Positions 55,178-62,953 of a DNA stretch of 64,000 nucleotides are shown here, piece after piece. Both the position numbers and the translations under genes were made by a program. The DNA is from Acidobacteriaceae bacterium (lineage in GTDB: Bacteria; Acidobacteriota; Terriglobia; Terriglobales; Acidobacteriaceae): the NCBI GenBank assembly GCA_035944135.1, contig DASZBM010000006.1, forward strand, positions 87,510-151,509, in the 5' to 3' direction. Within the stretch, counting starts at the first letter, position 1. Every line of letters begins with the position of its first letter. The notes below the pieces were generated by a model. It did no database searches. It saw nothing but the letters and a program-made list of their open reading frames with translations, and was not told the origin of the DNA.

Positions 55178-55749
55178 CGATCGCCTGGCGTCTCGAACAG
55201 AGCGCGCGCAATGCCCAGGTCGTCTTCTGTATCAATATCCAGGCTGAGCTCTTCTGCTTCGATCGCATGCGCGTTCTTCAGCAGACTGCGTGCGCCGGTA
55301 TCACCGTGTAGCTGCAGCAGGGATGAGAAGAGACTGACAGGAAAGTACGCGGGAACGCCAAGGGAACCGGCATAGGCAGAAGCCGATAAGCGTTGCTGAT
55401 CTTCAGCGAGGGCGCGCAGGTGGGTCGCGCGAAGCGCTGGCTGATCGCATGCGAGCATCACCGTACCCGCCAGATCGTACCGTGCGGCGGCTGCGATTCC
55501 AGAACGAATTGAAGACGCGATGCCTTCTTCGGCCTCGTGGTTAACGACCACGATCAGGTTCGGCGAGGGTGCGATTTCGGCGTATTCGGTTTCTTTGCGC
55601 ACGACGACGAAGACTGGAGAGAGCCCAGCCTCGCGTGACAGCCTGACGGTTCTCTGAAGCAGCGTCTCTCGGTCGAGTACGATGTTTTGCTTTGGACGCC
55701 CTAGCCTGCGTGATGCCCCGGCTGCCAGGACAACAGCTGCGATGCTCAC
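55174..55749 (-). CDS. mocA: MobA-like NTP transferase / molybdenum cofactor cytidylyltransferase
   Basis: AAVVLAAGASRRLGRPKQ. Start set to the GTG at 55749, which overlaps the xdhC stop (GTGA). The track ORF extends to 55857. Confidence 0.8.
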   Translation of the reverse strand: MSIAAVVLAAGASRRLGRPKQNIVLDRETLLQRTVRLSREAGLSPVFVVVRKETEYAEIAPSPNLIVVVNHEAEEGIASSIRSGIAAAARYDLAGTVMLACDQPALRATHLRALAEDQQRLSASAYAGSLGVPAYFPVSLFSSLLQLHGDTGARSLLKNAHAIEAEELSLDIDTEDDLGIARALFETPGDR

Positions 55750-56798
55750 AGCGCACACTGCGCCTGAAGATATCGTGCGGCCCCGCCTCTGGCTATCTGA
55801 TCGGCAACGATCTCCGGCGTCATGCGTCGCGAATGACCAAGCTTTCCCTGGCAACATGCCTGAATTTCAGCGATGGTCGCCAACGCGATTGCTTCAGCGC
55901 CGTCACCGCCGAGATCAAGTCCTACTGGCGCGAAGACGTTTTGGCATGCCTGATCCACGGTCCAACCAAGTGTCGAAGCAGCTTCGCTCAGAAGCAGCGA
56001 ACTCCTGTGTCGCGAGCCAAGCAGGCCGATGTAACGCGGCTGATATGGCAGAATACTGCTCAACCACGCACGATCCTGTTCGTAGCTGTGAGCCATGATG
56101 ACCACAGCATCGTCAGATTGCGGCAAAACCCTCGTGAAGTCGCTGGAGGCGAAGATGGCTTCGGCGGCCGGGAAACGTTCGCGGCGCGCGAGTTGCGGCC
56201 GGCCATCGAAGATGAAGGTTCGCCAGCCCATGAGTGAAGCAAGCTGGGAGATCGGTTGCGCATCATCACCGGCGCCGAAGAGCAGGAGCCGCTGAGGAGG
56301 CTCGAGCCATTCGTCGAACAGCGGACGGTCTGATGAACTGCCCGAGCTTTCGAAGACAACCGTTCCGGATTCGTCATAAATGGCGCGACGGAGAGACTGG
56401 CCGTTCGCAGGGAGCCACGTCACAACGTTGCGGCGGAGTCCGGTGAGGGATTCGCTCATCGCGTTCAGAAGAGCCGCGGCTTCCGGAGTGTCAACCGGTT
56501 CGATGAGCAGATCGAGCGTGCCGCCGCAGCCCAAGCCATATGGCATGTCTTCGGTATCGTCGAACACTGTCGAAAAGCGCTCTACGACAGCGCCGTTGCG
56601 TGCAGCCCATGCGGCTTTGCGGGCGACCTCAGCCTCCAGACAGCCACCGGAGATCGAGCCTGTGCTGCTGCCGTCCGCGCGCACCAGCAGGCGTGCGCCG
56701 CGACGCCGATAGCTTGAGCCTTCAACGCGGACGAGCGTGACAAGAGCAGCGGCTGGTCCTTGCTGCCACTGTTCCACGATGGATCGCCGTTCGCGCAT
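55746..56798 (-). CDS. xdhC: XdhC/CoxI-family molybdenum hydroxylase maturation factor
   Basis: 350 aa. N-terminal XdhC_CoxI region (ALVTLVRVEGSSYRRRGARLLV..GSISGGCLE) and a C-terminal Rossmann domain (LLLFGAGDDAQP). Confidence 0.88.
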   Translation of the reverse strand: MRERRSIVEQWQQGPAAALVTLVRVEGSSYRRRGARLLVRADGSSTGSISGGCLEAEVARKAAWAARNGAVVERFSTVFDDTEDMPYGLGCGGTLDLLIEPVDTPEAAALLNAMSESLTGLRRNVVTWLPANGQSLRRAIYDESGTVVFESSGSSSDRPLFDEWLEPPQRLLLFGAGDDAQPISQLASLMGWRTFIFDGRPQLARRERFPAAEAIFASSDFTRVLPQSDDAVVIMAHSYEQDRAWLSSILPYQPRYIGLLGSRHRSSLLLSEAASTLGWTVDQACQNVFAPVGLDLGGDGAEAIALATIAEIQACCQGKLGHSRRMTPEIVADQIARGGAARYLQAQCAL

Positions 56799-56813
56799 TG
56801 TTGACTCCGTCGT

Positions 56814-57515
56814 TTAAGCCCGCTCGCTGAAGGTATGGATGCCGCACTCAAGCTTTCTGCCGCCCCATCGACCACTGCGAGGATCCGCTCCAGCAGCAGG
56901 CCGCGCGGTGCATGGCTCGCATCCGATGCTCGAATAACCTTCATCGTAGAGCGAGAGCCGCGGAATGTCATGCTCTCTTGCGTAGGCCTCGACGCGATCC
57001 CAGGTCCAGTCGGCAAGGATACTGATTTTCTTCATCTGTTTTCCACTGGGCAGGCGATGATCCTCAGTTTTCTTCAGGTTGGCACGGGTTGGTGATTGTT
57101 CGCGACGTAGACCCGTAAACCACCACGCGTATGGTTCGAGTGAGCGCATCAGGGGCTCTACTTTCCGGATCTGGCAGCAATGCGTGGGATTGATTACGTG
57201 CAGCAAACCGAACTGCGCTTCGTGCTGCGCGATTGTGTTGGACGGGACGGCGTTGATGAGGTTCAGTTTCCAGTCATGAACGAGGCGATCACGATATTCG
57301 AGGAGAGCGGCAAAGTGATAGCCGGTTTCGAGAAAGATCACGGGAACGTCGGGCAGATGCTGACGAAGTAGATGGAGAACCACCATGTCCTCAGTCTGAA
57401 AGCTGCTTGTAAGGCAGACGTCGCGGCCGCCGGACGCTCGAACGGCTTCATCAGCGAGTTGAGCCGCAGTTAATTGTTCCGTGTCCACAGCTGGATTCAA
57501 TACCAGGTTGCTCAT
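56814..57515 (-). CDS. cysH: Assimilatory adenylyl-sulfate / phosphoadenylyl-sulfate reductase; its Cys pattern suggests the APS-reductase type
   Basis: 233 aa. PAPS_reduct fold with ETGYHF. CC pair (THCCQIRKVEPL) plus SIGCEPCT and C-terminal ECGIH. CC...CxxC is the Fe-S signature of APS reductases. Confidence 0.9.
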   Translation of the reverse strand: MSNLVLNPAVDTEQLTAAQLADEAVRASGGRDVCLTSSFQTEDMVVLHLLRQHLPDVPVIFLETGYHFAALLEYRDRLVHDWKLNLINAVPSNTIAQHEAQFGLLHVINPTHCCQIRKVEPLMRSLEPYAWWFTGLRREQSPTRANLKKTEDHRLPSGKQMKKISILADWTWDRVEAYAREHDIPRLSLYDEGYSSIGCEPCTARPAAGADPRSGRWGGRKLECGIHTFSERA

Positions 57516-59173
57516 GGCCGCTCCGTAAGCCAGTTTTCAAGATGCTGTTCATTGTCGATCAACGCATCGCCGACAATATCTCTGATGGCCTCAAGGGTGT
57601 CCGGTTTCAGGTCTTCGCGCGCAGTGAGCGCGGCGACTTGCGCGAGTTGGAGCGCTCGCGCTACGGCTGGAAGCGATGACTCTGGAATGAGAGGATCGTC
57701 GATATCGACTGCGAGTTTGTGCGTTTCCGAAAATCCATTCAAGACGCGCTCCAGCAACTCGTGGTCATTACGCAACCAGATGAATGCGGGGTTCGCTGTC
57801 GAGGGTTTCTCCGGTGTGGCAATGTCGACAGAGGCGGAGATCATGCCTGCCGCGACCGTCGCGTTCGCCAGAGGATCCATCAGGATGAACGAACCGGTCG
57901 AGCGGCTGTCTTCGTAGTTGTCGAAGAAGAGAGGCAAATTCGTCTCGATTTCGACTTCCGCAATGTCGTTCATCTGTAGCTTCGAGGCAGAACGATGCTC
58001 GGCAGTCACAACATCGACCCGATACATGATCGAGCGTACCGTCGCACGCACAACACGCGTCGTGTGCTTGAGCAGATAACTCTGACCGGCGATGATGGGC
58101 TGTTCATGCATCCAGACGAGGCTTGCGCGGAATACATTGCTTTTCGCCGGAGGCTCGGCATCTCCATCGGCGAGCATCTCTCCACGGCTGAGATCGATCT
58201 CGTCTTCCAGCGTCAAGGTGACGCTCTGCCCTGCTCGCGCCTGCTTGAGTTCGCCATCGTACGTCACGATGCTGCTGACGCGAGTTGTTCGGCCGCTCGG
58301 TAGCGCGCGAACTATTTGGCCGACGCGAAGCTCGCCGCGTTCTACGCGGCCGGCGAAGCCGCGAAATTCGGCGTCGGGCCGCACCACGAGTTGCACCGGG
58401 AAGCGAAGCGGCTCAGCGGCTGCCGGGACGATCTGGAGCGGTACAGTTTCGAGGTACTCGAGTAGCGTAGGCCCGCTATACCAACTCATTGCGGTCGAGG
58501 GTTCGACAACGTTATCGCCGGCCAGCGCGCTAACTGGAATCAATTCGACGCTGCCCAGCTGCAACTTGCTGGCCAGATCGAGATATTCGGTTCGGATCTG
58601 TTCGAACACTCTCTCGTCATAACCGACCAGATCCATCTTGTTGACAGCAGCTACGACGTGCGGGATGCGCAAAAGACTGGCGATGTAGGTGTGCCGACGC
58701 GTTTGCGGAAGCAGCGACCCAGCCTTGGCGAAGGCCTTTGCATCGATGAGCACAATCGCGACGTCGGCCGTCGATGCTCCCGTGGCCATGTTGCGCGTGT
58801 ACTGCTCGTGACCGGGCGTGTCGGCGATGATGAACTTTCGCTTTGCTGTCGAAAAGTAGCGGTAAGCAACGTCGATCGTAATTCCCTGCTCGCGCTCAGC
58901 GCGCAGACCGTCGGTCAACAGCGAAAGATCGAGCTCACCGCCGGAACGGTTTACGCGACTCGCGCGGATCGAGGCGAGCTGATCCTCGTAGACGCTTCTG
59001 GTGTCATGCAGCAGCCGGCCGATCAGCGTGCTCTTTCCATCGTCGACGCTGCCAGCCGTTGTGAAGCGAAGCATCTCCTGATCGAGATGGCGGTCGAGGA
59101 AGGAGCGAAACGCCTGTTCACGCGCAAGCTCTGATCGGGAGGCATGCATCTGCGTATTGTCACTCGTGATCAT
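57512..59173 (-). CDS. cysN: Sulfate adenylyltransferase subunit 1 (GTPase) with extended C-terminal tail
   Basis: 553 aa. LRFTTAGSVDDGKSTLIGRLL, DTPGHEQY, NKMD. A 108-aa tail follows the conserved ..TVAAGMI. ATGA overlap with cysH. Confidence 0.93.
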   Translation of the reverse strand: MITSDNTQMHASRSELAREQAFRSFLDRHLDQEMLRFTTAGSVDDGKSTLIGRLLHDTRSVYEDQLASIRASRVNRSGGELDLSLLTDGLRAEREQGITIDVAYRYFSTAKRKFIIADTPGHEQYTRNMATGASTADVAIVLIDAKAFAKAGSLLPQTRRHTYIASLLRIPHVVAAVNKMDLVGYDERVFEQIRTEYLDLASKLQLGSVELIPVSALAGDNVVEPSTAMSWYSGPTLLEYLETVPLQIVPAAAEPLRFPVQLVVRPDAEFRGFAGRVERGELRVGQIVRALPSGRTTRVSSIVTYDGELKQARAGQSVTLTLEDEIDLSRGEMLADGDAEPPAKSNVFRASLVWMHEQPIIAGQSYLLKHTTRVVRATVRSIMYRVDVVTAEHRSASKLQMNDIAEVEIETNLPLFFDNYEDSRSTGSFILMDPLANATVAAGMISASVDIATPEKPSTANPAFIWLRNDHELLERVLNGFSETHKLAVDIDDPLIPESSLPAVARALQLAQVAALTAREDLKPDTLEAIRDIVGDALIDNEQHLENWLTERP

Positions 59174-60120
59174 CAGAAGTATCCCTCTCTCTTCTTCAAC
59201 TCCATGGACCCTTCTTCGTCGTGGTCGATCGCGCGATTTTCGCGCTCGCTGCGACGGAATCCGATAAGTTCCTCGATGATCTTGGGCAGCGTGTCGGCTT
59301 CACTGCGGATTGCTCCGGTGCAAGGCGAGCAGCCCAGCGATCGCATCCGGACCTTCATCTTTTCCGGACGTTCATGTGGCAGCAGGCGTGTCGTTTCATC
59401 GACGAGCGTCAGTGTTCCTGCGCGATTCACAACCAACCGCTCCTCGGCGAAGTACAGCGGCACGATCGGGATTTGCTCGGCATAGAGATAGAGCCAGATG
59501 TCGAGTTCCGTCCAGTTCGACAGCGGAAACACGCGGATCGATTCGCCTTTACGAAGCCGCGAGTTGTAAAGGCTCCAGAGTTCCGGACGCTGGTTTTTGG
59601 GATCCCATTGGCCATGCGCATCGCGAAAGCTGTAGACGCGCTCCTTGGCGCGACTCTTTTCCTCGTCTCGACGCGCTCCGCCGAACGCCGCGTCGAACCC
59701 GCCCGCTTCGAGCGCATCAAGCAGCGATCGTGTCTTTAGCGCGCCGCAGCAGTTCTGCGTGCCCAGGGTCCACGGACTTGCTCCGGCAGCGAGGGCGTGT
59801 TCATTGCGGTGGACGATGAGTTCAGCGCCAATCTCGCGCACATAGGAATCTCGGAACGCGATCATCTCGGAAAACTTGTAGCTGGTGTCCACATGCAGAA
59901 GTGGAAACGGAATCCTGCCCGGGTAGAAGGCCTTCTGCGCCAGCCGCAGCATCACGCTGGAATCTTTGCCAATGGAATAGAGCATCACCGGGCGGGCGAA
60001 CTCCGCGACTGCCTCACGCATGATGTAGAGGCTTTCGGCTTCCAACGTCTGCAGATGGTTCAATCTGCTGCGGTGAAGTTGGTCAATCGCAGACGCGGTT
60101 TCGTTGACAGTGGCAGGCAT
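59173..60120 (-). CDS. cysD: Sulfate adenylyltransferase subunit 2
   Basis: Start ATG at 60120, preceded by GGAGG (60130-60126). [32 protein letters not shown].. A 1-nt stop/start overlap with cysN. Confidence 0.93.
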   Translation of the reverse strand: MPATVNETASAIDQLHRSRLNHLQTLEAESLYIMREAVAEFARPVMLYSIGKDSSVMLRLAQKAFYPGRIPFPLLHVDTSYKFSEMIAFRDSYVREIGAELIVHRNEHALAAGASPWTLGTQNCCGALKTRSLLDALEAGGFDAAFGGARRDEEKSRAKERVYSFRDAHGQWDPKNQRPELWSLYNSRLRKGESIRVFPLSNWTELDIWLYLYAEQIPIVPLYFAEERLVVNRAGTLTLVDETTRLLPHERPEKMKVRMRSLGCSPCTGAIRSEADTLPKIIEELIGFRRSERENRAIDHDEEGSMELKKREGYF

Positions 60121-60257
60121 TGAGGCCTCCGGAAAAGAGATGGATGTGAAGCAACTGGAAGAAATCTCCAGCACGCACGTCCAGTTTTCTTGGTGGTTTC
60201 AGTGAAGGAGGGGCAGGAGACGCGCGAAGCATCGATCCGACCCGCACGGGGGCGTTA

Positions 60258-60308
60258 TCAGCAACAACAACAGCTGAAGCACTGGCAGCAGCAGTACACG
60301 CCCTTCAT
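60258..60308 (-). CDS. Candidate Cys-rich leader peptide (16 codons, 8 Cys) of the cysDNH operon
   Basis: ATG AAG GGC GTG TAC TGC TGC TGC CAG TGC TTC AGC TGT TGT TGT TGC TGA TAA, giving MKGVYCCCQCFSCCCC. Lies 137 nt upstream of the cysD ATG on the same strand. Too short for the supplied ORF track. Confidence 0.6.
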   Translation of the reverse strand: MKGVYCCCQCFSCCCC

Positions 60309-60485
60309 GGTGCTAGTGTACGGTCCGCTCGGGTGATACTGCAACTACACCCCCGTTGCACAACTGTCTACATCGACAGAGGTTTGTGGAACTTGTCGTG
60401 CAAAGCCAGAATGGCTGCAGTACATTGCCCGGAGAGTTCCTGCCGTGCTTTGCCGCTCGTGTCTCGAGCATCAAGGAGTCGCCGC

Positions 60486-62549
60486 ATGTTCGCATTCCGC
60501 CAAAGGCTGATTGCGCATCTCGCAATCGCCGCCAGCCTTCTCGGCGCGAGCGCGAACATGAGCGCGCAGGCCAGCAAGAGCGCCACGGAATATCCGGACT
60601 CGCGCGTCGACGTCTACGGCGGCTACGGGTTTTTCCATCCGATCAACAGCGGCGTCGGATCCAAACAGTATTTCGACGTGAACAACGCCAACGGCACGGT
60701 AAGCGTCACGGGCTACTTCAATCGTTACATTGGCGTCGCGACAGAAGCTGGATATTTCTCTGGCGTTCGCGAACATGCGGTCTACAACCCCAACTGCGTG
60801 GGCGAGGGCTGCTCGCAACTCGTTTACACCGCAGAAGCTGGTCCGGTGTTTCGTGTGCCCTTGGGTCCATGGATCCCGTTTGTCCATGCTCTGGGCGGCG
60901 GCGAGCGTTACAACGGGCCGGTCAATCAACCATTGACCTGGGGATGGGGAGTATCAGGCGGTGGCGGGCTCGACTATACGGCTCCGTTCTTCCATGACCA
61001 TCTCGCGGTTCGGATTATTCAGGCGGACTGGCAATACTCCCAGGTTGTCTACGGTCCGCTGGTCTTACCCGAGGCCGTCAAAGGCGGCTTCGGAGAAATC
61101 GATGCACTGAAGCTCTCGGGCGGTCTGGTCGTGAAACTGGGCGAGGTCACTGCGGCGAAGGCGCTCGACGTAGGTTGCAAGGCTGAGCCGGCAGTTGGTT
61201 ATCCCGGAGATGTGATTACTGTCACTGCAGCGTCCATCAACTTCGATGCGAAGCGGCCCGCGGCTTACACGTGGAAGACCAACGGCGGCAAGCTGAAACC
61301 CGACCAAGCGCAGGCGACGATCGATACAACCGGACTTGCGCCGGGCGAGTACGAGGTCAGCGCGCACGTCGTTCAGGGCATGAAGGCGCGGCAGCAGGCC
61401 TCATGCACCACGCCGTTCACCATCAAGCCGTTCGAACCGCCGACACTGACCTGCTCCGCGACTCCATCAAGCGCGACGGCAGGAACGACTATCGACATCA
61501 GCACGACTGGAACCAGTCCACAGAATCGTCCGCTCACCTATTCGTACAGCGCGAGTGCCGGCCAGATCACTGCGACCGGCCCGACAGCGAAGCTCTCGAC
61601 CGCCGGACTTCAGGCAACAACAATTACGGTCACGTGTAACGTCGTGGACGATCTTGGCCAGACCGCGCAGTCGAACACGCAGGTAACTCTCACCACGCCG
61701 CCGACGCCGACAGTTGCGGAGACGCAGGATCTCTGCCACATCACCTTCGAACGCGATCACCGCCGTCCGGAACGCGTCGATAATGAGGCGAAGGGCTGTC
61801 TCGATGACATCGCGCTGACGATGCAGCAGCAATCGGGTGCGAAGCTCGTGATGGTCGGCAACTCTTCCGCCAACGAGCATCCGGAAGCAGGCGCAGAACG
61901 TGCACTGAACGCGCGACAGTATCTGGTGCAGGAGAAAGGGATCGACAGCTCGCGCATTGAGCTTCGCACGGGCTCGATGCCGGGACGGTTCGTCACCAAC
62001 ACGCTCGTGCCCCCCGGAGCACACTTCGACGGCTCGAACTCGCAGACTTTCGACGAAAGTTCGATCGTTCGTCATGGACAGGCGTATGGTGTACCGGGCG
62101 CAAACAGACACTCGAATTCGCACTACCAGCCACGGCGAACCGCGCCTAGAAGATTTTCCGCACCACTGAAGGAGGCTCCGCGTGTGAATCCGCCTGCTGC
62201 TGGAAGGTCAGGGCCTTCGAGTTCCGCACCTTCGGGAACAGGCGCAAAACCGGGCACCCGCAAGAAGCCTTCGCCGGCGACTCCGATGCCTGCGCAACCC
62301 ACAGCCGGACAACGGACGACGGCGAAGCCTTCCCCTTCCACGCCGATGCAGACCAAAGCTGTCAAGCCGTCGCCTGCGACTCCGGTGCAAAGCAAGGCGG
62401 TGGAACCGAGCTCGGCGCAAACTAAGCCAAAAGCAACCACTACAGCTTTACAGATGAAGGGCAAACCATCACCTGCAACTTCGATACAGGCCAAGGGAAT
62501 TAAGCCTTCACCTGCAACTCCAATGCCGCAATCCTCGAAAAAGAGTTAG
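60486..62549 (+). CDS. Outer-membrane protein: N-terminal beta-barrel-like region, Ig-like repeats, OmpA-like domain, and a C-terminal Lys/Pro/Ser/Thr tandem-repeat tail
   Basis: Start ATG at 60486 after AAGGAGTCGCCGC. Signal peptide MFAFRQRLIAHLAIAASLLGASANMSAQA. OmpA-like segment ..LVMVGNSS...AERALNARQYLVQEKGIDSSRIELRTG (degenerate). Five KPSP(A/S)T(P/S) repeats at the C-terminus. Confidence 0.8.
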   Translation: MFAFRQRLIAHLAIAASLLGASANMSAQASKSATEYPDSRVDVYGGYGFFHPINSGVGSKQYFDVNNANGTVSVTGYFNRYIGVATEAGYFSGVREHAVYNPNCVGEGCSQLVYTAEAGPVFRVPLGPWIPFVHALGGGERYNGPVNQPLTWGWGVSGGGGLDYTAPFFHDHLAVRIIQADWQYSQVVYGPLVLPEAVKGGFGEIDALKLSGGLVVKLGEVTAAKALDVGCKAEPAVGYPGDVITVTAASINFDAKRPAAYTWKTNGGKLKPDQAQATIDTTGLAPGEYEVSAHVVQGMKARQQASCTTPFTIKPFEPPTLTCSATPSSATAGTTIDISTTGTSPQNRPLTYSYSASAGQITATGPTAKLSTAGLQATTITVTCNVVDDLGQTAQSNTQVTLTTPPTPTVAETQDLCHITFERDHRRPERVDNEAKGCLDDIALTMQQQSGAKLVMVGNSSANEHPEAGAERALNARQYLVQEKGIDSSRIELRTGSMPGRFVTNTLVPPGAHFDGSNSQTFDESSIVRHGQAYGVPGANRHSNSHYQPRRTAPRRFSAPLKEAPRVNPPAAGRSGPSSSAPSGTGAKPGTRKKPSPATPMPAQPTAGQRTTAKPSPSTPMQTKAVKPSPATPVQSKAVEPSSAQTKPKATTTALQMKGKPSPATSIQAKGIKPSPATPMPQSSKKS

Positions 62550-62669
62550 CGAACTGCCCAACAACTCGGACCTTCGGGTTTCTGTTAGACTGATTGAGTC
62601 GGACGCGGGCTTCTTAGCCGGCGAGCGCTGATCCTCTTTCGCGCATCTCTCCGGCAAGATCAACAGGTT

Positions 62670-62746
62670 CGGGGCGTAGCGCAGTCTGGTAGCGCACCTG
62701 CTTCGGGAGCAGGGGGTCGTTGGTTCGAATCCAATCGCCCCGACCA
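62670..62746 (+). tRNA. tRNA-Pro (anticodon CGG), CCA encoded
   Basis: CGGGGCGTAGCGCAGTCTGGTAGCGCACCTGCTTCGGGAGCAGGGGGTCGTTGGTTCGAATCCAATCGCCCCGACCA. Anticodon stem CCTGC/GCAGG with loop TT-CGG-GA. Confidence 0.93.
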
Positions 62747-62953
62747 TTTCTAAAATCAGCGATTACGCGGGTTCCCTCGCTGCCGGAAATTCTAAGGCGG
62801 GGTCGGTTCTCGCAACGAGTCGCTGAGTTTCGAATCTGATGGGACGGGCGTACGAAGTCAAGTAATGTGCCTGCGGCCTGGCCGGAATTTGTCTCCCGAG
62901 CTCATTGGGGAAACCGCAGTGTGATGCGGTTCTTCAATACCATCGCGATGTGA

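Noticed and set aside
62508-62747. 79-aa minus-strand ORF (..GFEPTTPCSRSRCATRLRYAPN..)
   Set aside because: It is the classic antisense translation of a tRNA gene (tRNA-Pro, 62670-62746).
62747-62953. Integrated mobile element next to tRNA-Pro (and similarly next to tRNA-Thr, 2577-2769)
   Set aside because: No integrase, no duplicated tRNA 3' segment (att-like direct repeat) and no compositional island adjacent to either tRNA.
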